From: Carpediemonas membranifera BICM
Taxonomy: Eukaryota > Protista > Fornicata
DNA: 64,000 nt
Assembly (NCBI GenBank): GCA_019828565.1
Contig: JAHDYR010000012.1
Coordinates: 558,001-622,000 of the forward strand
Reading direction: 5' to 3'
Below, piece after piece: positions 11,828 to 22,276 of the stretch. Each line of letters opens with the position of its first letter. Positions within the stretch are counted from its first letter, which is position 1. The notes under the pieces are model-generated. The model had not been told where the DNA came from, searched no databases, and saw only the letters and a program-made list of their open reading frames with translations. Position numbers and translations under genes: made by a program.

Positions 11828-13216
11828 ATGGAAGGAAGCCCGCAGGAGATGGAAACAACCATGGAAGCTGTGAAGAATGCTTGGTTGTGCACCATCAGTA
11901 AGAAATCTTCCCGGAAAGCGGTCGCAAACAACCTTTCGCGGTTCGTTCAATTCGTACAACGTGAGCGAGGGAGTACCGAGGACGAAGCGCTCTCCGTGAT
12001 CCGGTCCGAGGAGGTTAGATCGCTTGTGCCCGGTTTTGCTGCATCATTGAACAAGGCAACCGCTGCTGTCACTCTCAGTGCCGTCAACTCATTCCGAAAC
12101 TCCGGCAGAGACAATGTCAAGCCGCTTGGGCAGTTTGAGCCTGTCGCATCGGAAGCTATTGTCCGACTAGTCTTCCCCTACAATGCGCTGGCTCTTATCA
12201 TCAGCCACACGGGCATGACTGCCACATCAGCCCGCGATATTGATGTGAGCGAGCTCCAGATTCCCCCGGAACTCGCTGACTGGTTGCTATTCACCGGGGC
12301 ACCATCCGCGATGTCCGCTGTGATGCCTAGCACCTTCTCGCAGGCTCTCAAGTCGGTCGGGCTGAGTGTTAACCAGCTTCGCTATGCGCCCACTGTGCAT
12401 GTCGATCTCAATCAGCTCAAGAAGCGGGTGATTGAGACACAAAGACGGACTGGCAGGCCCAGGGATCCGATCAAGGTTCGTAAGGTCATTAAGGACAAGC
12501 GCATCAGCCTGACCGATGAGCAGTTCAGGCATCAGTTGGCGTCCAGTCACTTAACGACCACGCGGCGCCCAACGATCCTCGATCTCAACCCGGAGATCCG
12601 AAGCTCTGCTGACCTGGTGCCGCCGACGCTCGATGACTGGCTTTACAACAAGCTCAGGATTAGGATGGTCCAGCTCCACGACCAGCGTAAGCCCGAGGGG
12701 GGCGACACGGGGGAGGGTGAGTCTGACGATGAGGCGCTGTTTGACGAGACAGCTGGCGAGGCAGAGATGCCGGAGACCGCAGTGGAGGGCGAGTTTGACG
12801 ATGAGGCCGGGTTGGAGATGCTGGAAGGAGAGTGGGAGGATGAGGAGAGTTCAGACAGCGATGCCGAGGATAGCCTCGTCGATAACCTGTCATTTCTTCA
12901 GTCACAACAGGTTGAGTGTGATATGTCTGAGAGAGATACCGATGAGGGTGTCCGTAGCGGGGCCAATGGAAGTGGGCTCGCTCCGCTCTATGACGCTATG
13001 AAGACCAGGGAGCCCAGCAGACGCATTCGCCTTCGCTGCTATCACGAGAGCGAGTCAGACTTGGGCAGCAGCAGCGACAGCGAGGACGGGATGCCGAAGC
13101 TGCCCATTGAAGCCTTTGAGCACATCCGTGATGCCGGGATGACAACTGTGAGGCTGACGAGGGCCGAGTATGACGACCTGATGGAGAAGAGAGAGCAGGA
13201 AAAGCATCAGAAGTAA
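11828..13216 (+). CDS. Tyrosine-recombinase-like protein, apparently catalytically dead, with AT-hook-like GRPR and acidic tail, copy 2 (intact, 462 aa)
   Basis: Core-binding-like LNKATAAVTLSAVNSFRN; box I-like ALIISHTGMTATSA (no Arg); GLSVNQLRYA (H-x-LR-like); LASSHLTTTRRPT (Pro at the Tyr position). Confidence 0.55.
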   Translation: MEGSPQEMETTMEAVKNAWLCTISKKSSRKAVANNLSRFVQFVQRERGSTEDEALSVIRSEEVRSLVPGFAASLNKATAAVTLSAVNSFRNSGRDNVKPLGQFEPVASEAIVRLVFPYNALALIISHTGMTATSARDIDVSELQIPPELADWLLFTGAPSAMSAVMPSTFSQALKSVGLSVNQLRYAPTVHVDLNQLKKRVIETQRRTGRPRDPIKVRKVIKDKRISLTDEQFRHQLASSHLTTTRRPTILDLNPEIRSSADLVPPTLDDWLYNKLRIRMVQLHDQRKPEGGDTGEGESDDEALFDETAGEAEMPETAVEGEFDDEAGLEMLEGEWEDEESSDSDAEDSLVDNLSFLQSQQVECDMSERDTDEGVRSGANGSGLAPLYDAMKTREPSRRIRLRCYHESESDLGSSSDSEDGMPKLPIEAFEHIRDAGMTTVRLTRAEYDDLMEKREQEKHQK

Positions 13217-13356
13217 ATGAACGAAGTAAATATGTCGTGGGAATGACTCAAACACTGACTAAGCCATCGACTTGGCGCAGCTGACCAGACAGTCAGATAT
13301 ACATTCATTTATTCCTGTCTCGCTCTCTTGCCTGTCGGAGACCAGCGGATTGAGAT

Positions 13357-13612
13357 CGAGCCATAAAGTGCACCAATAGTGGGAACCGACTTCCCACTAT
13401 TTTCTCAGTGCCAATGAGCTATAGAGCTTTATTGAGGATATAAGCTTGCATAATAACACATCAATAGCGTCTGACGGCCGCTATGGCCCATGATACTCAT
13501 TAACAACATCAAACGAGTCAAAGGAACCACGAAACCACACAAGGAACGAGCTAGAAGAAACAATAGGAACTTTAATTGCATAAACAACATCAATACTGCC
13601 ACCAACTGTCCA
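13357..13612 (+). repeat. Second copy of the 256-bp direct repeat
   Basis: Matches 8625-8880. Confidence 0.92.
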
Positions 13613-13642
13613 TTGGATTCCAGAAATAGCCATTGTCTCTTC

Positions 13643-14111
13643 TGGAACGTCCGGGAGAGAGCACAGGGGAGAGAGCCCCAGGAGAAGAGAGCCCGGGGGA
13701 ACGTCCGGGAGAAGAGCCCGGGGAGAGAGCCCGGGAGAAGAGAGCCCGGGGGAACGTCCGGGAGAGAGCCCGGGAGAGAGCACGGGGGAACGTCCGGGAG
13801 AGAGCCCGGGAGAGAGCACGGGGGAACGTCCGGGAGAGAGCCCGGGGGAGAGAGCCCGGGGGAAGTGAGAGCCCGGGGAACGTCCAAGAGAGAGCACGGG
13901 GAGAGAGCCCCGGGAGAAGAGAGCCCGGGGGAACGTCCGGGAGAGAGCCCGGGAGAGAGCACGGGGGAACGTCCGGGAGAGAGCCCGGGGGAGAGAGCCC
14001 CAGGAGAAGAGAGCCCGGGGGAACGTCCGGGAGAGAGCCCGGGGGAGAGAGCCCCAGGAGAAGAGAGCCCGGGGGAACGTCCGGGAGAGAGCCCGGGAGA
14101 GAGCACGGGGG
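13643..14111. repeat. Purine-rich compound minisatellite (gggagagagccc / ggaacgtcc units)
   Basis: Seen directly. Confidence 0.95.
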
Positions 14112-14476
14112 CAATTCAGGGCCCAGAAAACACCAGCACCAGCGCAAGTAAGCTATTTTATTGCAAAACGCTCTACTTGCGCTGGTACTTCAGCGTTTTC
14201 GGGGCCCTTTGCCCATCTTTCGTTGTCTGAATTTTTTCGTGCAGAATTCAGACGAGTGTCGCCTGGCAGAGGCTGAGCAGCGGAGCTTAGTCCCTGTGGC
14301 ACCACTCGTCTGGCCCAGCTCCCGGGTATGCTCCAGAAAATTCAGGTGCAGATTTGGGAGCAGAAATGTCGACGAACCCCGAAAACACCATAACCGGCAC
14401 CAGTGAGCGCATCTTCGTTGATAAAGCTCATTGGTGCTGGTAATATGGCGTTTTCGGGGTTCAAATACTGTACTCC

Positions 14477-14562
14477 TCATCCCTGGCGCCTCATCCCTGG
14501 CGCCCTCATCCTGGCGCCCTCATCCTGGCGCATCATCCCTGGCGCCCTCATCCTGGCGCCCT
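14477..14562. repeat. Minisatellite (tcatcc(c)tggcgcc)n
   Basis: Seen directly; inverse of 4893-4945. Confidence 0.9.
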
Positions 14563-16030
14563 CAACAGCAAGTTCCATCATCCACATCACTCCCTAACAA
14601 CATCAACGACTCGCCTACCACCGACAGCGATGGCGAAGTCTGCGTTGATGTCGCCAGTGCCAACCCAGCTGGCATACGCGTCGCAATGAATGTAAATGTT
14701 TACGTGTTCTCTTCGTCCCTTCTATCGTCCAGGATCTGCTGTCAGACGTCCATGAGCGATCATCCCTTATCCTGCGGAGCAGCCCAACATCAGCTCCAGC
14801 GGTTCAGAGCATGCGTACAATGCTTCCGGGGCATGTAGAGTGATCGTGTAGGAGCTTTATGACGATTCCAGGACGTGGAGTTCAGGAATATGTCCGTATT
14901 ACCCAGCAAATTTCATCATCTCCATTATTGCTGCAGTATTCAAAGTAAACGCGAACAACACGATTTATCTCCATTCATTGGCGCCTCGAGGAGCGCTTCA
15001 GTGCCTCTAGAGCGTGCTTCAGCAGCATTTCGATCGAGATTAAAAATCACCCGAATTCTAGCTCTGTTCTGGCCGCTGCAGGCACCGCTGGGCGCAATAG
15101 AGCTCGGAGCGGCGTTGTCTGCCAAAAAGAGCATATTGCTCCCGGTGAAAATTGAACCCACGATCTGGAGGCTGTGTACAAAGTCTCTTCCCTCTATGCC
15201 ACGACTTATGGGAAATCCGCCCTTATTAAGCTTCCTACAGGGAATATAGGCCATTTTGGAGGTATGAGCGACTGGGAGGGGGGGAATGGGGGACATTTAC
15301 GGTATGGCTGGACTCTACTCGGGCAGACTATTATAACGAGGCTCAGATCAGACCTCTACGGCCGCTATACGAGGAGAAACGTGCCAGTAAGGGCACTAGC
15401 GGCCTATGGCCGCAGCAGCGCCCAGCCAAGCTCAGCTATAGGGTCACCTGAGGCCCCGAATGACGTGCTGATCAGGTCGACTCCCATCTATTGACTTGGT
15501 AATTGCAGAGGCCGTCTGAACGCGATGTCCTAATAACCGACTTGGTCGGAGCGGTTCGGCGATGACTCCGCTGTATTCCGCGCCTTCTTCTGATGCCGAA
15601 ACATGCAGTCCTTTAGAGTCAACGCGCGTCCTGTCCGTCAGGCATGAAGGGCATTCAGCAGAGGCATTGCTGCGGTCTGCAGGCCGCCCCAGCGCTTCAG
15701 GATGGCCAACTGGATGATCTGGACCCATGTCTATCAAATCCATTTTGATCACATCAAACGTGTGTCAAATCCGGCAAATCGATTTTGCGATAAAAAAAGG
15801 GGCAGAGGGGAGGAAGCGACCCATAAGTCGTACCTATGGACCATTTCCTCCCCCCTGCCCGCTTTTTGAGTCTCAACTCTCAATTCCAATTTGTCCCTAT
15901 GTTACTTTTTTCTAGCAGGATTTAAAGTTTGATACTGCGCATGCGTATTGCTTAGGTATAGCCAAGTACTACCATACCACTTTGAAGATCCAGCTCCGTC
16001 TCATCGTCGAGTTCATTTTTTCTTGCAAAA

Positions 16031-16104
16031 TGACTTAAAGTCAAGTTTTGTCCTTGACTTTAAGTCACAAAAACTTGACTTGAAGTCAAGGAATTGACAG
16101 TATG
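16031..16104 (-). repeat. Right TIR of the 9.2-kb element
   Basis: Reverse complement of 6876-6949. Confidence 0.95.
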
Positions 16105-16686
16105 CTGCACTTGCCCACAAATCTCTCCGGGTCATTGATATCGGGCACACAGAGATTAAAGTCTCGGGAGTCGAGATTATCTGGCACAGGAATATTGAGT
16201 CTCGACAGGACGGATCTGATCGCGCTGGTTAGCTCCGAACGGACTGGGCGAGGAGCTCTTGCAGAGAGCATGGACAACCTTGGGTTTCCCGTCAGATATG
16301 GCCACAGTCACCCCCATCGTCTCAGCCCAATCTCGGACGTTCTTCGCAACAACCCTTCCCATCGAGACGCCAGGTTTCAACTTCAGCTCATCGAGGAAGT
16401 CCGGTGTTTCGGAGCACGGCTGAAGAAACGACACGATGATGTGGTTGAACGCATTTCCGAGCTTTTTGATGGACAGGCCAGTTGGGTCTGAGTCAAAGAC
16501 GTCAAACGCAAACGTGAAGAAGGCCTTAAGCATGCCCATCATGAGAATTGACCGGCAAGTACTCAAAGCGGTTGTGTTCCACTTCGTCATCGGTCTCGAT
16601 CTCTTAGAAACAGCCTTAACTGCATGATCGTCCGCCATGTTCTCATTTACGGCCGCGCGCTTCGTTTCTAGCTCCGTTTCTGTCAT
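16105..16686 (-). pseudogene. 5' part of the interrupted PHD-finger gene (frameshift or small intron near 16180-16300)
   Basis: Overlapping ORFs 16177..16686 and 16086..16277; the latter joins 6873 in frame. Confidence 0.6.
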
Positions 16687-16783
16687 TCCAGAGTAGATTT
16701 TCTACTAAAAATTGGCATTGTTACAACCAATCATTAACATTAATAGAGAAGGAGAATAAAGACTCACCAGCCCGCGGCCAATC

Positions 16784-19399
16784 GTGACTCAGGTTCGCAT
16801 CAGACGTCGACAGAGACGAGTTAAACATGAGGCTGGGCAATTGTCTTCTGAGCTAATCCTTAACCTTTCAAAGAGGATGCTAATACCGAAGTGGACGCTA
16901 TTACACGGCACTATTTATGCTCCTCAAGAGGATACTGGCATCAACACCATTCTATGCAGCGTGTACCTTTCCATTGACTCAGATAACGTCAGCACACATC
17001 GGTTTCGTGTTTCCAAAGCTCCCCAACGCCGTGAGTTCGTCCAGGTTGTTCAAGAGTTGCTCAGTGCAGGATATATATGTCGCCAGGATGTTTCAAAGCA
17101 GCTGTACCCCTCTCCGACTGCCACATCTATCGCTGCGGAGAAGAGGAATCACACGACTTACCCAAGAGCCTACGTGAAGCATACATCCGCAGTTGACACT
17201 CTCGCAGCCGAGAATGAGTGTCTACGGAAGCGTCTGGCCGACACGGAGCGCCTGATTCAACTAACGAACCAGCTCAAGTCCATCACAAACGGATACAATG
17301 CCGTTAACGACGAGATCCGCATAATGAACTCTCTTGCAGGTAGGCTTAACCTTGATATTGTGCGGATATCTCCTGTTACCTCGAAGATCAAGTCTCTCGC
17401 GTGTAATATCCAGAATATGGAGGAGATAGAATCACTTCTCCAATCTGACACCGCTTGGAGGAGATTTATCCGCAGTCACGTTCCCGCCAACATTCAGCAC
17501 AGGGTAACGGCGAGAAGGTCTGATCAGGCCAATCAGGAATATGAGCTCGACCTCATCACCCATGTCGAAGCTCCTCTTGATGTTGTACGATCATCTATTC
17601 AGGGCGACTCGGCCCATGCAGAGCACGTTGCAGGAAAGATCGTCGTCTTCTATGACTCAGAGCAGGACCGTGAGACTCACTATAGCATCATGAAAGAGCA
17701 AGGCCTCACCCCTCGGATGCAGACGAGTGCAAGATATACCCATGTATATCATGCATCATTTGATATCATGGAGTATTATCGCCAAGCGGTTGCATTCCCC
17801 GTATCGCTGGAGACGTCACGATCCGGGCGCAAGAGTGCAGCTCGGACATTAAGACGACAGAGTCATTCCGCTGAGACGGGGACGATCCCACTCGTGTTAG
17901 AGGTGTGGGTCGATGCGTGGAGAGGGCTGACAACCGCTGTTAAGATTCGTTTCCTCGACGACTCCCACAAAGTCTTTCCGTCTGGTGCGACTCCTCCTTT
18001 CCGGATTCTTGAATACAACGGCCCAGAAAGTCTCATCACTGAGCATTTTGCCTTCATTGAACAGTCCATCGAGAGCACACACCGCGAGGTGCTGGAAGTC
18101 AGGAACACGGGTCTCCTCTGCCGAGTAACGCGTGTCTTTATTATCGCTGACCATCCAGCCATGTCCAAGGTTTGCGGGGCACTCATTGGAGGCAATTACC
18201 CCTCGCCATTCAGTCCCGTTCATTCGAAGAACAAGGGCTGGAGTCCCTTTGGTCGCACCCCGCGCTGCACCTTGGCAGATATCCTGCTGGCGAAGCATAA
18301 GTCACAGTTCGACACTATTATGGACAGAGAGGCCAAATGGGGATCCTTCTATAACCATCAGAAGAAGTGCATCGCTCCCACTTTGTTTGAGACGTCGACT
18401 GCGTCGCTGCCCAGAGACTGCGTCTTCTTATTCCCTCCAATCATGCATGTCAGTCATGACTTTGTGTCGTTGATTCATGCCATGTGCCGCATGTTCAAGC
18501 CAGAGCCAATTGACCCAGAGAGCGACCCTCGTCAAATTAAGGAGGTGAAGGCAAGGAACGCGATGCTAGCGAATCTGGCGTCGTTTGAGCCACCCAGCCG
18601 TACGACGGGCTGCAACGAGCAAGTCAAGGGGAGAAAGATGATAGCATCGATTGGACTTAAGCTGCATCGTGCGTTCCCGCCACCCGTGCAGTCATTATTC
18701 ATACTCGCTGCATACCTCCAGGAGCACTACTATTCCCACGAGGATGTAACTGAGAACATGGTCGTGTGGCATCGCTTGACAGCACTTCTCGTGCACCTCT
18801 TCTCTGTGACCATGTGTCTTAGCACATCTAACACGGTTGCCCCAGACATTCCGATCCGTCAACCATCTGCGACTCCCGATACGGCGCCGTGTGTTGATAC
18901 ACTTCACGGATTGGCGCGTATTGCCGCGCTGCCGGAGATACAAGCGAAGACTCGGGCCTCCTTTGGTCGAGTCATCGAAGAGTGCTTTGAACGTGATTTC
19001 ATTGGGAATCAGGAGAGTCGAGTGCGATTGCGTCAGAACCAGACGGTTCTTGAGAGCACTATTCTGAAGGAGCAGGTTGAGTTGCTGTTCAGATGCCTTC
19101 GTGGAGTGATTTCCTACGGAAGACGCGAAACAGATGTCCCACCCCAGTCACCCCTGAAACTTATGCGCATTCATAAGTGTTGTAAGGATGCCAATTGGTG
19201 GCTTCGTATCCGGAGTGTGCATTCTAAGACGCTGACAGCGACTGAGTGCCAAAAGCTGCACATGGTGTTTACGAAGGAAGTCAACGGCCTATGGCGCACT
19301 GTCTTGTCGAAAGCAGACTGTAGCTTTGACTCAGACTGGCTGGATGTTCCCATTCACGAGCAGGGACACACTCTTGATGTTTGCATATGCAAGAGATAG
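16784..19399 (+). CDS. DDE transposase of the Transib/RAG1/CMC group (start uncertain; first in-frame ATG 16877)
   Basis: EVWVD (D1); FIIADHPAMSKVCG...YPSPFS (D2, degenerate CxxC); FPPIMH; TLHGLARIAALPEIQAKTRASFGRVIEECFE, resembling the RAG1/Transib H...PEI...G...E-x-x-E segment. Confidence 0.7.
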   Translation: MTQVRIRRRQRRVKHEAGQLSSELILNLSKRMLIPKWTLLHGTIYAPQEDTGINTILCSVYLSIDSDNVSTHRFRVSKAPQRREFVQVVQELLSAGYICRQDVSKQLYPSPTATSIAAEKRNHTTYPRAYVKHTSAVDTLAAENECLRKRLADTERLIQLTNQLKSITNGYNAVNDEIRIMNSLAGRLNLDIVRISPVTSKIKSLACNIQNMEEIESLLQSDTAWRRFIRSHVPANIQHRVTARRSDQANQEYELDLITHVEAPLDVVRSSIQGDSAHAEHVAGKIVVFYDSEQDRETHYSIMKEQGLTPRMQTSARYTHVYHASFDIMEYYRQAVAFPVSLETSRSGRKSAARTLRRQSHSAETGTIPLVLEVWVDAWRGLTTAVKIRFLDDSHKVFPSGATPPFRILEYNGPESLITEHFAFIEQSIESTHREVLEVRNTGLLCRVTRVFIIADHPAMSKVCGALIGGNYPSPFSPVHSKNKGWSPFGRTPRCTLADILLAKHKSQFDTIMDREAKWGSFYNHQKKCIAPTLFETSTASLPRDCVFLFPPIMHVSHDFVSLIHAMCRMFKPEPIDPESDPRQIKEVKARNAMLANLASFEPPSRTTGCNEQVKGRKMIASIGLKLHRAFPPPVQSLFILAAYLQEHYYSHEDVTENMVVWHRLTALLVHLFSVTMCLSTSNTVAPDIPIRQPSATPDTAPCVDTLHGLARIAALPEIQAKTRASFGRVIEECFERDFIGNQESRVRLRQNQTVLESTILKEQVELLFRCLRGVISYGRRETDVPPQSPLKLMRIHKCCKDANWWLRIRSVHSKTLTATECQKLHMVFTKEVNGLWRTVLSKADCSFDSDWLDVPIHEQGHTLDVCICKR

Positions 19400-20545
19400 T
19401 AAAGATCGGATTTAGTCTCGCGGTCAATCTCACGTGGCCCAGAGCAGCGTGCTCCTGGAATCAACAGGGCATAAAACACCCTGCGTATTCCGGTAGCACA
19501 CCGTTCTGACTCACGTCCGTCTCTGGTTGTCGTACAGGTCTATTTACGTGTTTGGCGATGGCGCTCCTGACATAAGCTTAATGGCGTGTCGTGGCTGTCA
19601 GTATGCTGCAAATGTCTCAGCGAGAAAGGAGTCACCAATCGCGTTCAGCTTACTTGTTTCTCGCCTGATACTGCTCGTAATATCGTTCAAGCGTGAATCT
19701 ATGAAGTAATGGGACTGAATGGCCTCTATTGCGTCAATTTCCTGCGTAATCGTTGTTGAATGGTCTAGAATAGATGTTGCAGCTACTTCCAGCTCATGTT
19801 GCATGCTAAATGCTGTGTTTTGGACAATTGGTCGTGTTCAGGCAGAATTTTTTCGTGCAAAGTGCAGGCTAATACCCGTCCTTAAACTGTGGGATCAGCC
19901 GCTGGGTAAATATACTGAGAAAAAACCATATAGCTGAGTTCACTGTCTTGTGCTGAATACGGTGGCGCCATTTATTTCTCTGAATCGTCAAGTTTTGTCA
20001 GCGTTGACCGCGCAAGACCGGTCGTCCTTACGCGATGTCACCAACACCATCATATTCTTCCCCCTGACATTCTACGTGTCCCCCAGTCTGGATTCGTGGT
20101 CTGCAATATTCACAGAGATATTCGCCTTCTCTTTCGCGAATTTGACTCTGATCAAGTCGAAAAACGAAAAAACGACCATATCTCGAAATCTACACGTTGG
20201 AATCGGTACCAGAGTGATTTTGCGCATATGTACATCCCGTCAGCAGTCTGCAAAATCACTCTCGTACCGATTCCAACGTGTCAATTTTGAGATATTGCTC
20301 GTTTCATCCTTTTGCCTTAACCTGCGTCGCAAAGAAGTCGAAATCAGTGGTTAGACCGCACTGGACCTCTTGCAGGCTCTCTGCATACGCGCTTTAGTAT
20401 GCAATGAAGGTATTCATTTTCCCGTAAATTGTTTAAATTCAATGAATACTTCATTTTCGGTCCGGAAGAAATAGATAATCTAGGGTTTTTAGGCCCTAGA
20501 TTATCTAGAAAAAATCGTAGATTATCTGCCGACTTTCACAGTATG

Positions 20546-22276
20546 CTCTTGCGATAGTCGTCGGAATAGGCCATTGTGAAACTCAGATCCGCCGTCTGAC
20601 TGGAGTACTTGCGGCGCTCCATATCTTAGGACCCAGGTATTGATAAAGGCCTCGGCTGCTTCTTTTCCGGAGTTGTTCTTGGCAGGGACTAATTCAGTCC
20701 AGCGAGAGCACATATCTACCATGACGGTAATATACGAGTACCCGTCACAGGACGGCAAAGGACCCATCGTGTCGATTGCCACGCGTTGTAGTGGGGTGTC
20801 AACAGCTGTGTGGAGACCGTCGGGTTGGTCGACCGGCGGCCGATCGAGGACTTGGCAGATCGGACAGTCGGATACGACCCTATCAACTGCATCGCGTGAG
20901 ACTGACAGTCCTTGGCCACGGAGGCGCTCGATCGTAAGACGTCTCGACAGGTGGACGTCGGCGAACAAGTGAGCTTGGTGAATCTGTTCGGTCGTTGCTG
21001 TCTTCTTGGCCATGGCAAACACCCTAGACAAACCGTCAGCGGCACCGTTATCGAGACCGGGAACGTGGGAGATAGTGAAATCGAGATCGGCGATAGAATC
21101 GGCCCAGCGCCTGACCTTAGCGTTGACCGACTTATACATATAGAGCAAGTTACGTTCTAGACGGAAGGTGAGCGTAGCTACTTGGTTCGTCCGAACCTTG
21201 TGGTTATCCCCTAGGGTCACAGTGATCCACTCTCCAGTGTCAACTGATACAGCGTCCCTGGGTAGCTGGCGTACAACCTTCTGGCTCATAAAGCATATAC
21301 TTGCTCCAGTGTCGACAGTAAAAGAATACTCACGGCCATTTATAGTTGCCGTGGTTGTCATGGGACCGGCAGACGAAGTCTGGGCCGCGTTGGCCTGAGC
21401 CTGGCGCTCCTCAGCGGCGAACTTCGGGTGCTGAGGGCAGCGGTAGTCCTTGTGCCAGCCCTGACAAAACTTGCAGGGTCTGGTAAGAGGCTGAGGAGCC
21501 TGCTGGCCCGAAGGGCGCTGACCCTGAGGTCTGGAGAGGTTGGGGCCCTGAGGGCGCTGGCTGTTGGCAGGATGCGTAGGGCCTCGGCCCACACGCTTGA
21601 CGTGGCCGGCTGGAGCCGGGACGTGGGCCTTCTGGCCCCTGGGGGGACCCTGGCGGTCAAGGAACTTAGCCGCCTTGACCGCCGACTTGACTGTATCGTC
21701 GAAGGAGTCATCGCCCCATAGGAGCGAGATCCATCTCGTCTTAGTCTTCAGGGCCTTAGGCCGCTGGAGGGCGTCGATGAGCAGTCTGCTACAAAGCTGC
21801 TCAAAGCGGTGACGTCTGGAGGATACCTCCTCGTCCGTGGCGGCCTCGGGGAGGTCCTCGCCCGGAGGAAGGGAGTCGAAGAGACGCATCCGGTTTCGGA
21901 AGCTGGCGACCAGCACACGGGTTGCTCGCTCGATAGAACCCATGGCGGTGCCGTTGGGGACATTACGGGTACTGTCCCAGTCAAGAGAGAGAGATGCTAG
22001 GTTATCTAGCAGGTCGATGACGTTGTCAGGAGTTACGAGCTTGCGCATCAGAGTGGAGAGTTGATCAAGGGTAGCTCTCGTGAAATCGACGTCGGGGTAT
22101 TGTGCTTGAAGTTCTGTGATGTCTTCGAGTGACAAGAAGTCCGTGGGAGCAACCTTGCTGTTCGTTGCAAGGAAAATCCTGCCCATACGCTCAAAGGCGT
22201 CGATACTCTCGATGGTTGCATCTTTCAGCTTGATAGTGGGGTAATTACCTGTAACGGTGTTGATTGAAGTACTCAT
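20546..22276 (-). pseudogene. Chimeric Gypsy ORF: gag-protease of element A fused in frame to RNase H end and integrase of element B, truncated by the DNA transposon
   Basis: 22276-~21153 near-identical to 26621-~25498; ~21154-20546 identical to ~28271-27663. Confidence 0.92.

Larger units (their letters stand above)
6876..16104. mobile_element. 9229-bp TIR DNA transposon (no intact transposase seen, cargo-carrying) with 74-bp TIRs starting CATACTGTC and 2-bp TSD CT
   Basis: TIRs 6876-6949 and 16031-16104 with 1 mismatch; CT at 6874-6875 and 16105-16106; excision restores reading frame ...GKC-RTVEIPNP. Confidence 0.9.
1..20545. mobile_element. Large transposase-bearing DNA transposon; right end ...GACTTTCACAGTATG at 20545, left end not found in window (left extent inferred)
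   Basis: Same ACAGTATG terminus plus CT flank as the 9.2-kb element; abuts a Gypsy integrase cut mid-ORF; three subterminal AGAT-W-ATCT palindromes at 20472-20527. Confidence 0.65.

Noticed and set aside
13429-14230. Several 130-250 aa ORFs on both strands
   Set aside because: Products of the stop-poor minisatellite
19598-19804. Small helical ORF downstream of the transposase
   Set aside because: 68 aa, no motif or second copy to support it
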